Assembly (NCBI RefSeq): GCF_004010195.1
Contig: NC_057753.1
Coordinates: forward strand, 14,910,651 to 14,974,650
From: Chiloscyllium plagiosum
Taxonomy: Eukaryota
Length of the DNA stretch: 64,000 nt
Reading direction: 5' to 3'
Shown: positions 63,932 to 64,000 of the stretch, in pieces
How the letters are laid out: the number at the start of each line of letters is the position of its first letter
Position numbering within the stretch: position 1 is the stretch's first letter
Notes under the pieces: generated by a model
What the model saw: the letters and a program-made list of their open reading frames with translations, nothing else
Database searches by the model: none
What the model was told of the DNA's origin: nothing
Made by a program: the position numbers and the translations under genes

Positions 63932-64000
63932 GTAAGTCTGGCAGATGTCCTTCCTGACGAAAGATAATTAAGTGGATACGCTTTTGGATCAAGTGATGCT

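Overview
Eukaryotic genomic DNA, most likely from a cartilaginous fish; this is inferred from the repeat families (HE1-type tRNA-derived SINEs, CR1 LINEs, Penelope-like elements). Two 500-N gaps (9405-9904 and 40515-41014) split the window into three blocks. (1) 1-9404: decayed CR1 LINEs and a degenerate minus-strand class I (epsilon/gamma-like) endogenous retrovirus with RT, RNase H, integrase, env, a polypurine tract and a 3' LTR. (2) 9905-40514: a GC-richer block with ten consecutive in-phase exons of importin-4 (IPO4), including a U12-type intron. One IPO4 intron contains a nested antisense two-exon gene for a multi-pass membrane protein resembling GPR160-like orphan receptors. The block also holds Penelope-derived fold-backs carrying minimal hammerhead ribozyme motifs and two large minisatellites. 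(3) 41015-64000: an AT-richer block with CR1 and Tx1 fragments and the 5' part of a group B SRCR (CD163/WC1/DMBT1-like) gene. All calls come from reading the sequence by eye; no database searches were run.
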